Positions 10,744 through 21,799 of a stretch of 64,000 nt of DNA are shown piece after piece. The notes beneath the pieces are model-generated. The model saw only the letters and a list, made by a program, of their open reading frames with translations. It made no database searches and was not told where the DNA came from. Position 1 is the first letter of the stretch. Every line of letters starts with the position of its first letter. Made by a program: the position numbers and the translations under genes. Source of the DNA: Aulosira sp. ZfuVER01 (lineage in GTDB: Bacteria; Cyanobacteriota; Cyanobacteriia; Cyanobacteriales; Nostocaceae); NCBI GenBank assembly GCA_034530615.2, contig JAVRCV020000019.1:71416-135415 (forward strand), in the 5' to 3' direction.

Positions 10744-11050
10744 ATACCATTTCACTTTAAGAATGATACAAATACGCCGTAGAGGGTTTAGCAATGCTCA
10801 TTGGTGTCAACTTAACGTGAAACCCTTTGTTAATCGAGATATTTGATCCCCCAACCCCCTTAAAAAGGGGGCTAAGATTCTAATTCCCCCTTTTTTTAAG
10901 GGGGGTTAGGGGGGATCAAAAGTTTATGGTGCTAAGAGAGAGAACCCTAAAGGCTTACGCTGTATGCTTCTAAGCTTAAGTTGACACGTATGAGTAATGC
11001 TAAACCCCTACGAAAAATCTATTTGTATCAGAATTTTCGTGAATTGGTAT
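10744..11050. mobile_element. four-layer nested MITE/palindrome composite
   Basis: Outer IR ATACCA..TGATACAAATA; palindrome arms GTAGAGGGTTT / AAACCCCTAC; inner MITE 10799-10992 with 17-bp TIRs and 9-bp duplication AGCAATGCT/AGTAATGCT; core GATCCCCC..GGGGGATC palindrome 10845-10917. Confidence 0.85.
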
Positions 11051-11150
11051 CACAAATACATTCATTTTATGAGATAGATAATTCTGAGCTAGCTTTCCAT
11101 GCATAGATTCAATAATTTTGTTGCCAAATAATATATTATAAAAAACATAA

Positions 11151-12461
11151 ATGAGAATATTTATAGATTGTACTCATACAGCAAACTATACATATAAAAA
11201 TACTGGAATTCATCGAGTTGTGCGTCAACTTACATCTGAGTTAGATAAGCTCAGTTCAAGTTCAAGCTACACAAATATAGAAGTGGTAGCGGTTATGTTT
11301 GATGGGAACTTCATGCGTAAAGTTACTAATTTAAATCCAGAAAATAATAGTGAGGCGGCTATAAGGAACCCATATATTTATGCTTTTAGTAAAATAATTA
11401 TGAAATTCCAGGTATTCTGGACTAAACTAAAGAATAAATTTTTGAATCTATTTCCATTTATATTAATTCAATGTATTTATTTAAATTTAAGTAAAAGCAA
11501 AAATGGCTTACTTGAATTTGAAGGTCTAAAAATATTACCAGGAGACATTTATATAATTGCTGATGCCAACTGGGATTTGCCTAAAACCTACTATAATTTT
11601 TTAAAAAATTTAAAAAAGCATGGAGTTGTAATTGCAATTATATGTTACGATCTTATTCCTATCAAATTCCCAGAGTTTTGTAACAAAAATTCTGCTGCGG
11701 CTTTTACTAAATTTTATAGAGATTATTCAGACCTGTTTGATAAAGTTTTATGTATCTCTAAAAATAGTGCTAAAGACTATAGGAATGCCCAAAATGCAGG
11801 TATTATCTCAATTAATAATAGCAATTTAACAGTTAAGAGCTTTCGCTTAGGATGTGACTATGCAAATCTGGAGCTTTTAGCAAATATAGAAAATAATAGT
11901 TTTGATAAAAATTTCAAGGAACTACTAAATAGCAGATATATATTAGTAGTTGGTAGTCTGGCTCCTCATAAAAATATTAAAACTATTATGGCAGCCTTTG
12001 ATTTATTAGTAGATTCAAATAATAAAGAAGTAAATTTGTTGTTTGCAGGTAATAGAGGCTGGTATTTAGAGACTGATATGCTGATAGATTCTAATAAAAT
12101 GTATGGCAAGCTTATACATATATTAGGTGCAGTAACAGACGAGCAACTCAGTATTCTTTATAGAAACTGTTACTGTCTAGTTCAAGCCTCATTTTATGAA
12201 GGTTTTGGATTACCAGTTGTGGAAGCACTTCAATATTATAAGCCTGTAATTGCAAGCAATGGAGGTTCTTTACCTGAAGTAGGTGGAGATTTTTGCCTTT
12301 ATTTCGATCCACATCAACCATCAGAACTTTACCAAGCTTTAAAAAAACTAGTTGATTCAGATATTTACTATAATCAGTTAGTAGAACGGATTAAAAATGA
12401 GTATAGACCATTTTCTTGGCAGGAATGTGCTGAAGAATTTCTGTATAATCTTTGTAATTAA
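11151..12461 (+). CDS. glycosyltransferase family 4
   Basis: TGIHRVV, YDLIP, VGSLAPHKN, EGFGLPVVEAL motifs; AT-rich. Confidence 0.9.
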   Translation: MRIFIDCTHTANYTYKNTGIHRVVRQLTSELDKLSSSSSYTNIEVVAVMFDGNFMRKVTNLNPENNSEAAIRNPYIYAFSKIIMKFQVFWTKLKNKFLNLFPFILIQCIYLNLSKSKNGLLEFEGLKILPGDIYIIADANWDLPKTYYNFLKNLKKHGVVIAIICYDLIPIKFPEFCNKNSAAAFTKFYRDYSDLFDKVLCISKNSAKDYRNAQNAGIISINNSNLTVKSFRLGCDYANLELLANIENNSFDKNFKELLNSRYILVVGSLAPHKNIKTIMAAFDLLVDSNNKEVNLLFAGNRGWYLETDMLIDSNKMYGKLIHILGAVTDEQLSILYRNCYCLVQASFYEGFGLPVVEALQYYKPVIASNGGSLPEVGGDFCLYFDPHQPSELYQALKKLVDSDIYYNQLVERIKNEYRPFSWQECAEEFLYNLCN

Positions 12462-12487
12462 GTAACTTTATCTATAAAGATTAAAAA

Positions 12488-13549
12488 TTGTTAGTCAATC
12501 TTTCTTTTTTATCTAGAAAACCAACAGGTATATCAACCTACGCTAGTAATATATTTCCTTATTTTCAATCACTGAATCCAAAATTACTAGTTGCAAAAAC
12601 AATTCCCAACTACAATTGTTATACTGTTCCTTCAAATTTGACACCAGACCAAGGCACACTAGGTCATTTTCGTCGCCTGACCTGGACAGAATTTCAATTA
12701 CCAAAAATCTATAAAAAGCTAAAATCTCATCTATTATTTTCTCCTCTACCGGAAGCGCCTCTTTATACCAATTGTCGTTTTGTAGTTATGTTTCACGACT
12801 TGATACCGTTGCGCTTTCCTAGACGCTTTTCACCTCTAATACCTTACCATCGCTACTACACTCCCCAAGTTCTTAGCCAAGCACAACATATTATCTGCAA
12901 TTCGCAAGCCACAGCTAAAGATATTATCGATTTTTACCAAATTCCAGCTAGCAAAATTACACCAATTCTCCTCGCTTACGATCGCACTCACTTCCAACCT
13001 CTGAATCTACCCACGCGCAACTACTTTCTCTACATCGGCCGCCAAGATGCTTATAAAAATGTCCATCGGCTGATTAGCGCCTTTGCTGCATTACCTAATT
13101 GTCAAGACTACGAACTTTGGTTAGTAGGGCCTAGCGATCGCCGTTATACTCCAACTTTACAAGCGCAAGTTGAGGAATTGGATATTACTAATCAGGTGAA
13201 ATTTCTGGAGTATGTTGCTTACAGTGAATTACCAAAAATTATCAATCAAGCGATCGCACTTGTTTTTCCTAGCCTCTGGGAAGGTTTTGGCTTACCTGTC
13301 TTGGAAGCAATGGCTTGCGGTACTCCTGTGATTACTTCTAATATCTCATCCCTTCCAGAAGTAGCTGGCGATGCGGCTATACTTATAAATCCCTACAATA
13401 CAGGGGAAATAACAGCAGCTATGCAGGCTGTCGCAAATGATTCAAACTTGCGATCGCATCTTTCTACCCAAGGTATCGCTAGAGCAAATCAATTTAGCTG
13501 GGAAAAAACAGGACAAGCCACCGCCGAAATTTTATCCCGTTATCTGTGA
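12488..13549 (+). CDS. glycosyltransferase family 4 (mannosyltransferase-like)
   Basis: [33 protein letters not shown] motifs. Confidence 0.92.
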   Translation: MLVNLSFLSRKPTGISTYASNIFPYFQSLNPKLLVAKTIPNYNCYTVPSNLTPDQGTLGHFRRLTWTEFQLPKIYKKLKSHLLFSPLPEAPLYTNCRFVVMFHDLIPLRFPRRFSPLIPYHRYYTPQVLSQAQHIICNSQATAKDIIDFYQIPASKITPILLAYDRTHFQPLNLPTRNYFLYIGRQDAYKNVHRLISAFAALPNCQDYELWLVGPSDRRYTPTLQAQVEELDITNQVKFLEYVAYSELPKIINQAIALVFPSLWEGFGLPVLEAMACGTPVITSNISSLPEVAGDAAILINPYNTGEITAAMQAVANDSNLRSHLSTQGIARANQFSWEKTGQATAEILSRYL

Positions 13550-13786
13550 GTGCTAGGCTAAAGTAAACTTGCTAAATATCTATCTAATAAACTTCCGAAG
13601 GTAACTGGCTGTTTAAAGAATCTGACGATGAAGATGGAGTTTTAACTTTAGCCTCAGCAAACTGCCAAATTCCCCATCGCCAGATTTATGAGCAAGTTAA
13701 GTTTGAAAATCAATCAGAGTAAAAATTAATTAGTTCCAAAAATTCAAAACCCAAAAAATAATTTTGAATTTTGAATTTTGAATTGT

Positions 13787-15553
13787 CTATGGTGTACCCA
13801 CTGCGCCAGAATAAATCAAACCTCGTTGCATATCGAGCGTTAAAATTGCCCCATCCCGAATGACTTGCGTCGCCTTCTTCACCCCAACAATCACTGGTAC
13901 GCCAAGACGCAAACCAATTACTGCTGCATGGCTGGTAAGACTCTCTTCTTCTGTAATAATCCCCGAAGCTTTGCGAATCGCCTCAACAAAATCGGCAGTG
14001 GTACGGGTAGTAACTAAAATATCTCCAGGATTAAAGTTACTTGCATCCATACCCGTGTGGGCAACCCTGGCGCGACCGCTGACAGAACCTTGCCCCAGTC
14101 CAATCCCCTGGCCGAGAATCGCCGTTACTACTTCAACTTTAATTAAATCTGTCGAGCCGGAAACGCCTTGGAGTGTACCGGCTGTCATCACAACCAAATC
14201 ACCCTCAGTTAATAGCTTATTTTCCTGAGCTACATTAATCGCGGCTTGAAAAGTCTGACCAGTAGAAGGTAGTTCTAGCACCAACAACGGTTTGACTCCC
14301 CACACCATTTGTAATTGTCGCGCTACATTCACGTGGGGTGTAATCGCCAAAATCGGTGTTTGGGGCCGGAACTTAGACACATTCCGCGCTGTTGCCCCAG
14401 TTTGGGTTAAGGTCATAATTGCTGCTGCACCCAGCTGTTCTGCAATTTGTCCTACGGCTTGGCTAATAGCGTTGGGAATGGAACGCCGCGTATCTCTTAA
14501 CTGACGATTGGCGTTTTGCCGTTCTTCCTGTTCAATGCGTTCGGCAATTCTGGCCATCGTTGCTACAGCTTCCACAGGGTAATTACCTACAGCCGTTTCA
14601 TTAGAGAGCATGACAGCATCTGTACCATCTAAAATCGCGTTTGCCACATCCGACACTTCGGCACGAGTTGGACGGGGGTTACTCACCATGCTGTCTAACA
14701 TTTGCGTGGCGGTGATGATAGGAATCCCCAAGCGATTTGCTGTAGCAATCAGCCGCTTTTGCAGTACAGGTACGTCTTCTGCTGGTAGTTCTACACCTAA
14801 ATCCCCTCTAGCAACCATAACGCCATCACACAAAGCCAGAACTGCTTCCATTTGTTCAATGGCTTCGTGCTTTTCTATTTTGGCTACTACTGGCACATTC
14901 TTACCTGTGCTAGAAATTAGCTCTTTAATTTCGATGATATCCTGAGGATTGCGGACAAAAGACAGCGCTACCCAGTCTACGCCCTGATCTAGACCAAACA
15001 TCAGATCCTCGCGGTCTTTGTCGGTCATTGCCTTAATGGAAAGGTAGACTCCTGGGAAGTTGACACCTTTATTGTTAGAAAGTTTACCGGCTACGGTAAT
15101 CCGACAATGCAAATCACCTTTATCGCGGTTAATGTCCTCAACTAGCATTTCTACTCGTCCATCATCGAGGAGGATTTTTGCTCCGACGGGGACTTCTTCT
15201 GCTAAATAGTCGTAGGTAACACAGCTAATATCTTGTGTGCCGATGACTGGGCGATTGGTTAAAGTAAAGCGATCGCCTTTTGCTACAACTATAGACCCAT
15301 TTTCAAACCGCCCCAAGCGAATTTTTGGCCCTTGCAAGTCTTGGAGAATTGCCACTGGCTGATTTAGTTCAAAAGCAGTTTGCCGAATTAAGCGGATATT
15401 ACGCTGATGGTCGGCATGAGTTCCGTGGGAGAAGTTTAGCCTTAGTGTCGTTGCACCCGCTTCAATAATCGCTTTGAGCATTTCTGGACTGCTAGTGGCA
15501 GGCCCAATCGTAGCGACAATTTTTGTGCGGCGTAGAGAATCTCTTAATTGCAT
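13787..15553 (-). CDS. pyk: pyruvate kinase with C-terminal PEP-utilising domain
   Basis: RTKIVATIGP, RLNFSHG, DLQGPKIR, MVARGDLGVE, TSHAAVIG motifs. Confidence 0.98.
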   Translation of the reverse strand: MQLRDSLRRTKIVATIGPATSSPEMLKAIIEAGATTLRLNFSHGTHADHQRNIRLIRQTAFELNQPVAILQDLQGPKIRLGRFENGSIVVAKGDRFTLTNRPVIGTQDISCVTYDYLAEEVPVGAKILLDDGRVEMLVEDINRDKGDLHCRITVAGKLSNNKGVNFPGVYLSIKAMTDKDREDLMFGLDQGVDWVALSFVRNPQDIIEIKELISSTGKNVPVVAKIEKHEAIEQMEAVLALCDGVMVARGDLGVELPAEDVPVLQKRLIATANRLGIPIITATQMLDSMVSNPRPTRAEVSDVANAILDGTDAVMLSNETAVGNYPVEAVATMARIAERIEQEERQNANRQLRDTRRSIPNAISQAVGQIAEQLGAAAIMTLTQTGATARNVSKFRPQTPILAITPHVNVARQLQMVWGVKPLLVLELPSTGQTFQAAINVAQENKLLTEGDLVVMTAGTLQGVSGSTDLIKVEVVTAILGQGIGLGQGSVSGRARVAHTGMDASNFNPGDILVTTRTTADFVEAIRKASGIITEEESLTSHAAVIGLRLGVPVIVGVKKATQVIRDGAILTLDMQRGLIYSGAVGTP

Positions 15554-16057
15554 AGGGGCTGATTCTAGGATCTATCTAGGAAACCATCGTAAATTAAAGG
15601 GCATTTTCATTTCCGTCACTGCTATATCAATCAGATGGCAGCAGTTAGAAAGGGGAATAAAGGCTAATACTGCGGCGCGGAATTCAAAAGTCAAAACTCT
15701 TTTATTGTAAGTTTTTGCGCTGTTTTGAATAGTATATTTATTTGCGCCAAGCTGCATTAGTAGTCAGCTACTGAAGACTCCCTCTAGCGGAGGCTTCAAA
15801 GGAGTGGGATAGACTTGTTATCGTACACTAATCTTGGTTCCATCCATCCCCAGGATGATATCCTGACCATCCAATTCTGGTTATTGCTACACCCCTACTA
15901 TTAGCAAATACTCAAGTCTTGTTTGGAATCATAGCTTTATTTATCTACACTATCCGCAAAATTGCCGATCGAGCTTACTATACAAAATTTTATAAAAGTT
16001 TATTATTTACTAATCTTTGTCGTATATTCGTAATATTTGATAAACAAGGAGATCAGA

Positions 16058-16957
16058 ATGCTCACGTCGGAGGCAAAGAAGCCACTGACAGTCCCTCCCA
16101 AGGAATTTTTAGCACCTCCGGGTGATTTTAACCCTACACTGCTGCTATTTTTGGCAGCAGTGACGATGCTAGTGTTATCTAACTTTGGTTATTGGCTGTG
16201 GGAATGGCCGCACTGGCTCTGCTTTAGTGTTAATACTTTAGCCTTGCATTGTTCTGGGACGGTGATTCATGATGCTTGCCACCAAGCTGCTCATCGCAAT
16301 CGGGTAATCAATGCGATGTTAGGGCATGGTAGTGCGCTAATACTGGCTTTTGCTTTTCCGGTATTTACGCGAGTACATTTACAGCATCATGCCCATGTCA
16401 ATCATCCCAAAGACGACCCAGATCATTATGTCTCGACTGGCGGGCCGCTGTGGCTGATTGCAGTACGGTTTCTGTACCATGAAGTATTTTTCTTTCAGCG
16501 GCAACTTTGGCGTAAATATGAGCTACTAGAATGGTTCATCAGCCGCTTGATTGTTGTGTCGATTGTTTACATTTCAGTTCAGTACCACTTTTTGGGCTAT
16601 ATTCTCAATTTTTGGTTTATCCCAGCATTTATCGTGGGCATAGCACTGGGATTATTCTTTGATTATCTCCCTCACCGTCCGTTTGTAGAGCGCGATCGCT
16701 GGAAAAATGCTCGCGTCTACCCTAACCCAATTCTCAATATCTTGATTTTGGGACAAAATTATCACCTAATTCATCATTTATGGCCTTCAATTCCTTGGTA
16801 TAACTACCAACCCACCTATCATTTAATGAAATCGCTGTTAGATGAAAAAGGTTGTTATCAAACTTCAGGATTATTACAAAAGAAAGATTTTTTTGAGTTT
16901 GTTTACGACATATTTTTGGGAATTAGGTTTCATCATCACAAACCAACTGAAAACTAG
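16058..16957 (+). CDS. crtR: beta-carotene hydroxylase
   Basis: Desaturase His boxes HDACH, HLQHH, HLIHH; RWKNARVY; AAGGAG RBS before ATG 16058. Confidence 0.93.
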   Translation: MLTSEAKKPLTVPPKEFLAPPGDFNPTLLLFLAAVTMLVLSNFGYWLWEWPHWLCFSVNTLALHCSGTVIHDACHQAAHRNRVINAMLGHGSALILAFAFPVFTRVHLQHHAHVNHPKDDPDHYVSTGGPLWLIAVRFLYHEVFFFQRQLWRKYELLEWFISRLIVVSIVYISVQYHFLGYILNFWFIPAFIVGIALGLFFDYLPHRPFVERDRWKNARVYPNPILNILILGQNYHLIHHLWPSIPWYNYQPTYHLMKSLLDEKGCYQTSGLLQKKDFFEFVYDIFLGIRFHHHKPTEN

Positions 16958-17124
16958 CAAAACATAGCAAACAGACTAATGGTTAATGGACTTTTCCCTT
17001 ACCAATTAACCATTGGCTGACTCCACAAGTTTTCTGCCTAAATGCTTACTTGTCGATTGAGATTGTGTCATTAAAATAGGTGTAAAATAAGGTATGCTAA
17101 ACTAGGTTGTTGTAGAAAATAACC

Positions 17125-17394
17125 ATGAACCGCAAACCCTACCCAACTGAATTAGTAGATAACCCAACTGACTTGGGAAATAGCTCAAAAACGAAGCTTT
17201 GGATATGGAGCGCTGTGGGACTGCTAATTACTAACTTAGTTGTAGTTGGGATTGTAGCGTTTTTAATCCACAGAGATAGCTTGCAATATAAGCCTAATCA
17301 ACCAGCAACCCAACAAAGGCAACTACAATCTCAGGTTAACGAGATTCCTCTGGCATTTGCAGGCGCAAATCTTGGACTTGAGGCGCAGGAGTAA
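17125..17394 (+). CDS. small single-TM hypothetical protein
   Basis: 89-aa ATG ORF with one hydrophobic helix; last 59 bp overlap the kinase 3' end on the opposite strand. Confidence 0.5.
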   Translation: MNRKPYPTELVDNPTDLGNSSKTKLWIWSAVGLLITNLVVVGIVAFLIHRDSLQYKPNQPATQQRQLQSQVNEIPLAFAGANLGLEAQE

Positions 17395-18580
17395 CTATCT
17401 GTACAGACCAGTAGCTAACAATCATTAGAACTAATCCAGAAAACACGCCTACTACTAAGCCAATCAACAAAGCAGGTTTCCTGGAAAAAATAGAAACAGT
17501 AGTATTGGTCGATGAAGGATTGTAAGATTCTTGTATTTGTGGGTAGATATTAGTTGTCGGTAACAGCGTCTCCGATAGTGTAATCTCGCTGGTGTCGTCG
17601 TTAATCGATGGTGTAAATCCCTCATCTCCAGAAACTTGATTATTTTCTTGCCCAGTAAAGGCTAGTTGATGTTCTAATTGAATGTTGATCGATGCTGGAG
17701 AAACATCTGATTGCGGCGTTGAAATATAAAAATTGCTTAGTGCTAAGAGTGCTTCTAATGCTTCTTTGGCTGACTTATATCGGTCTTGAAAGTGGTAACG
17801 CACCATTGTATTCAGTACTGAGGCTAGTCCAGTACTAACTTGTGCCAAGTTTTGCCAAATTATCTCACCTGTATTGGAATCTTCTGGTAATTGTGTCGGA
17901 TGTACCCCCGTTAGCGCTTGAATACCAATCATCCCGAGAGCGTAAATGTCACTATTTAGCCGGGGTTTACCTCGCTGTTGCTCATTAGGCATATAACCAG
18001 GTGTACCGATCGCAATCGTAGTGTATTGTTCAATGGGGGTAAAGATTGCAGTTTCTTCTTGACCTCTAATTAATTGATGCCAAATTGGCTTAACAGCGCC
18101 AAAATCAATCAAAATTAAGCGATTATCCTGCTTCCGCCTAATAATATTATTCGGTTTGACATCTCGATGAATTAGCCCATTACTGTGAACAAAATTGAGG
18201 ATACTCAATATCTCGTACAAGAGTTGAAAAACTTTGCTTTCCGACCAGCAGCGACCAGGGGTTAGTTCTATACTTAGGGGATGTCCTTCAATGAACTCTT
18301 GTACCAAGTAGAACTCCAGGTTATCTTCAAAATTTGCTAAAAGATGAGGCACTAAATCATAGTTGCTCAGTTTTTTCAGGGCCTCTACTTCTCGGGAAAA
18401 TAGCCGTCTGCGTATTTCTATTGGAATCGAATATTTATCACTCGGCAAGAAGTGTTTGACGACGCGGGTAGGATGATTGGGAAGATAGATGTCTTGAACT
18501 CTGTAGGTTTGACAAAACGCTCCTTGACTCAAAACTTCAACAACCTGGTAACGATCGCCTAGTAACTTGCTGCTTAACAT
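17336..18580 (-). CDS. Ser/Thr protein kinase with C-terminal TM helix
   Basis: HRDVKPNN, DFG, GTPGYMP, DIYALG; Gly-rich loop degenerate (LSQGAFC). Confidence 0.93.
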   Translation of the reverse strand: MLSSKLLGDRYQVVEVLSQGAFCQTYRVQDIYLPNHPTRVVKHFLPSDKYSIPIEIRRRLFSREVEALKKLSNYDLVPHLLANFEDNLEFYLVQEFIEGHPLSIELTPGRCWSESKVFQLLYEILSILNFVHSNGLIHRDVKPNNIIRRKQDNRLILIDFGAVKPIWHQLIRGQEETAIFTPIEQYTTIAIGTPGYMPNEQQRGKPRLNSDIYALGMIGIQALTGVHPTQLPEDSNTGEIIWQNLAQVSTGLASVLNTMVRYHFQDRYKSAKEALEALLALSNFYISTPQSDVSPASINIQLEHQLAFTGQENNQVSGDEGFTPSINDDTSEITLSETLLPTTNIYPQIQESYNPSSTNTTVSIFSRKPALLIGLVVGVFSGLVLMIVSYWSVQIVTPAPQVQDLRLQMPEESR

Positions 18581-18803
18581 GTTACGTTATGCCTAACGGT
18601 TGTATTAAGTAATTTCACCTAAAAAATATCTTTATATAAATTAATATATAGTTTTATTAAGGAAGTTCACCGTAATTTACCGGAAGTCTTATCTAAACTT
18701 TATGAAGAGTGCATTTAGCAGTTGTTAGAAGATTAGAAAATAAATGAAATAATTCTGATTCTATCTTACTGAAAACCAGCTAAATCACAGGAAGATAAGC
18801 AAG

Positions 18804-19907
18804 ATGACTAATGATAGCAAAAAAAGCGTCCCACTCAGCCAAGATGCCGTACAGATGATCAGGGGTCTGATTATTGGCGAACTGGTGACTGTTGCCATCA
18901 TTGGTGGACTTTGGTTATGGCTTAGACCTCGCCTCCAAGTCGATAACGGTGCTTTTGCTTCCTCTGGCCGAGGTACAGCTACGACTTCTGCGCTTGCAAC
19001 TTCAAACTTTAAGACTGTTACCAATGTTCCCATAGGATCGTTTAACTACGGTGGTAGCACAGCTTGGGCACCAATTAGGCAACTTGTGGATTCTCAGATC
19101 CAAATCACTCGTCCGGAGCTACAGTTACGCTACGTTAACCCTGCTACTACTAGTCCTGGTTCTAGCTCTGGTATTCAGATGTTGCTTGAAGGAAAATTAG
19201 ATTTTGCTGAGTCTTCCCGTCCTCTTACAGATGAAGAAAAAGATAGAGCTAGACAGCAAGGCTTCATACTTGCGGAACATCAGGTTGGAATTGATGGGGT
19301 AGCAGTAGTAGTCAACCCAGCACTCAAAGTGTCAGGCTTAACTGTTGACCAATTGCAACAGATTTATTTGGGACAAATTACGAACTGGAAGCAGGTAGGC
19401 GGGCCAGACTTGGCTATTATTCCGTTCTCTCAACATCCAGAAAATGCCGATGTGGTATTAATATCTGGCAAGCAGGTTTTAGATAAGCAAGCTCTTAGCT
19501 CTAATGTCCAGTATGTTTATTCCACAACAGAGGCGCTGCACCGGGTAAACCAAACCCCTGGAGGTGTATATTATGCTTCTGCGCGGGGAGTTGTGCATCA
19601 ATGTACGGTTAAGCCTCTACCTTTAGGTATGACTTCCGCAGAGCTAATTCCTCCCTATCAAGAACCCTTCGTACCACTAAATGAGTGTCCGCAAAAGCGC
19701 AATCAGCTGAACACGGAAGCAATCAAAAATGGTAGTTATCCCATAACCTCTAAATTATTTGTGGTAATCAAGCAGAACAAGGGTAAGGAACAACAAGTAG
19801 GGGAAGCATATCTCAGACTTTTAGCAACTGAGCAGGGACAAAAAGCAATTGAGCAAGCTGGGTTAATTCCAGAAAGGAATCAAGAGCCAATAGCCAAAGG
19901 TAAGTGA
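18804..19907 (+). CDS. PstS-family substrate-binding protein, N-terminal TM anchor
   Basis: GGSTAWAP, SPGSSSGI, SSRPL, IDGVAVVVNP, QITNWKQVGG, YPIT motifs. Confidence 0.88.
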   Translation: MTNDSKKSVPLSQDAVQMIRGLIIGELVTVAIIGGLWLWLRPRLQVDNGAFASSGRGTATTSALATSNFKTVTNVPIGSFNYGGSTAWAPIRQLVDSQIQITRPELQLRYVNPATTSPGSSSGIQMLLEGKLDFAESSRPLTDEEKDRARQQGFILAEHQVGIDGVAVVVNPALKVSGLTVDQLQQIYLGQITNWKQVGGPDLAIIPFSQHPENADVVLISGKQVLDKQALSSNVQYVYSTTEALHRVNQTPGGVYYASARGVVHQCTVKPLPLGMTSAELIPPYQEPFVPLNECPQKRNQLNTEAIKNGSYPITSKLFVVIKQNKGKEQQVGEAYLRLLATEQGQKAIEQAGLIPERNQEPIAKGK

Positions 19908-19923
19908 AGTTAAACTAGTATAC

Positions 19924-20580
19924 TTACTTTGTCGCTACGCCAATAATATGAGGGCTAACAATTGGAAATGGTGCCTCAAAATGTTCATAATTCACATGGG
20001 AAAATCCAGCATTATCTAAAGCTACCCAAGTTTCTCTGTCTGGATTACAACCATCTCCTAACACTTTCCAAATTGGGCGAACTGTAGTTTGTAACCTGCG
20101 CAGAAAAGTGCCATTTGGTGCGGCGACGTGTTCAATAAATAAAAAGTGTCCACCTGGTTTGAGAACTCTTAAAACTTCTTGTAGCGTAGCTGCTAAATTT
20201 GGAACTGAACACAAAACTAAAGTACTCACCACAGCATCTATACTGTTATCTTCTGCATCTATATGTTCAGCAGTACCAGTCCGGATATCGATATTTAAAC
20301 CCAGCTTTTCTGCTGTTTGCTGGAGGTAAGAATGCATGAATGGGTTTGGTTCAATTCCTATCCAGTGAATATCTTGAGGGTAGTAGGATAGGTTGGGGCC
20401 AGTTCCGGGGCCAATTTCTAACACATTGCCGTGGAGGTTAGCAAAGAGAGAGCGTTTGCGATCGCTTACTACTTTCTCATATCCATCGCTAACTTTAGCC
20501 ATCATCCAAGCAAATAGGCGTTGTCTACAATTGCCACAAATATGATTTGCTGATTGTCTACAAGCTTGGTTTTGAGTCAT
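19924..20580 (-). CDS. class I SAM-dependent methyltransferase
   Basis: VLEIGPGTG motif I, LVLCSV, RVLKPGG, FIEHV. Confidence 0.92.
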   Translation of the reverse strand: MTQNQACRQSANHICGNCRQRLFAWMMAKVSDGYEKVVSDRKRSLFANLHGNVLEIGPGTGPNLSYYPQDIHWIGIEPNPFMHSYLQQTAEKLGLNIDIRTGTAEHIDAEDNSIDAVVSTLVLCSVPNLAATLQEVLRVLKPGGHFLFIEHVAAPNGTFLRRLQTTVRPIWKVLGDGCNPDRETWVALDNAGFSHVNYEHFEAPFPIVSPHIIGVATK

Positions 20581-20648
20581 TTTTCACTTTCCTGAATATT
20601 TGAGCCTCTCTTATACAATTTTAGATTTTAGTTTTTGGATTATAAATC

Positions 20649-21023
20649 CTATTTGTTCAAATTCTGCCTTTCTGCTAACCAAGTAAATAACAAGATACCG
20701 CAAAAGTCAGCAGCTAAGTCAACTAAGTCAAAGGAACGGTAGGGTACAAAGAATTGAATTATCTCATCAACTACACAAATAAATATCACAATCATTGGAG
20801 CCATTGGTATAGCAATATTTAAAATTTGAAATTTCCGCTTATTAACTGCTAAATGGCTCAAAAAAGCTGCGATACCTAACAATAAAAAATGCAAAATTGT
20901 ATCGTAATGTGGAAATTGTGATAGTTCAGTTGGGATAATCTTTAGATAGGCTGATAGAGATATGGACATCAAAATTCCAAAGTAAAGCCAAAATGCAAAA
21001 ATCCAAGGCTGATTAGCTTTCAT
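20649..21023 (-). CDS. VanZ family membrane protein
   Basis: DTILHF, DEIIQFFVPYRSFDLVDLAAD motif. Confidence 0.85.
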   Translation of the reverse strand: MKANQPWIFAFWLYFGILMSISLSAYLKIIPTELSQFPHYDTILHFLLLGIAAFLSHLAVNKRKFQILNIAIPMAPMIVIFICVVDEIIQFFVPYRSFDLVDLAADFCGILLFTWLAERQNLNK

Positions 21024-21174
21024 TGTCAGTGGAGAAAAATGTAATATTTTTCACTTCAATAAAAATAAAAAGCATTCCATAATTAGGAACGCTCTATTGG
21101 AAGATAAATTATTAAGATAAGCAGAAGTTAAGTTAAAGATTTGACATGAGCAAGATGCCTTATTTATCGCAAAA

Positions 21175-21435
21175 TTAGGCATGAAGATTAATTTGTTCTT
21201 GTAACCACGGATCTACAGGCTGTCCATCTTTGCGACGTAATTCAATTTCCACTACCATGACTTCTTTTGAACCGGGAGGAGCAGGTTTTTTATGAAAGAT
21301 AACATCATATTCTAGTGGATCGTGATTGCGTTCTTTCAACCAGTCATGCACTTTGGTTGTGGCGAAGAATGATTGCCCTTGCTCAAACATCCGAGTAATC
21401 TGCATCTGTAGCGTGTAGGGATTTATGCGACCCAT
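21175..21435 (-). CDS. hypothetical protein (86 aa)
   Basis: ATG ORF with AAGGTGG RBS-like sequence upstream; no motif named. Confidence 0.75.
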   Translation of the reverse strand: MGRINPYTLQMQITRMFEQGQSFFATTKVHDWLKERNHDPLEYDVIFHKKPAPPGSKEVMVVEIELRRKDGQPVDPWLQEQINLHA

Positions 21436-21799
21436 TGTCTACCACCTTTCTCAAATAATTCGTAGGTTTAGCGTTGCCTACCCTACTGGATACATTTATG
21501 TTAGTTCTATCACAAGCAAGATTCCTACCTCAGAAGATATTAACTTAAACTTCATATTTAAAGCCTGCGATCGCCTGGGCGGTTCTCTCTGGAAAATACG
21601 GTATGCAGTATATAGCTCCCAACCTTGCTATGGTAAGGAGTTCGGTAAACCTCATAATCTAGGGTTGATGAGTACGAGTCAAAGTTAATCTATCTCAAGA
21701 GAAAGCGCTAAAACACCTTGAGTACGGTAAACTCCAATACTAGATTTATTAAGTAACCGTTACAATCAAAGCTATAAAGCAAGTGGAGGAGCGACCAGG

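Noticed and set aside
13860..14945. Plus-strand ORFs within pyk, and similar ones within chlI, the kinases, the ABC operon and alaS
   Set aside because: Shadow frames of well-supported genes with no motifs of their own.
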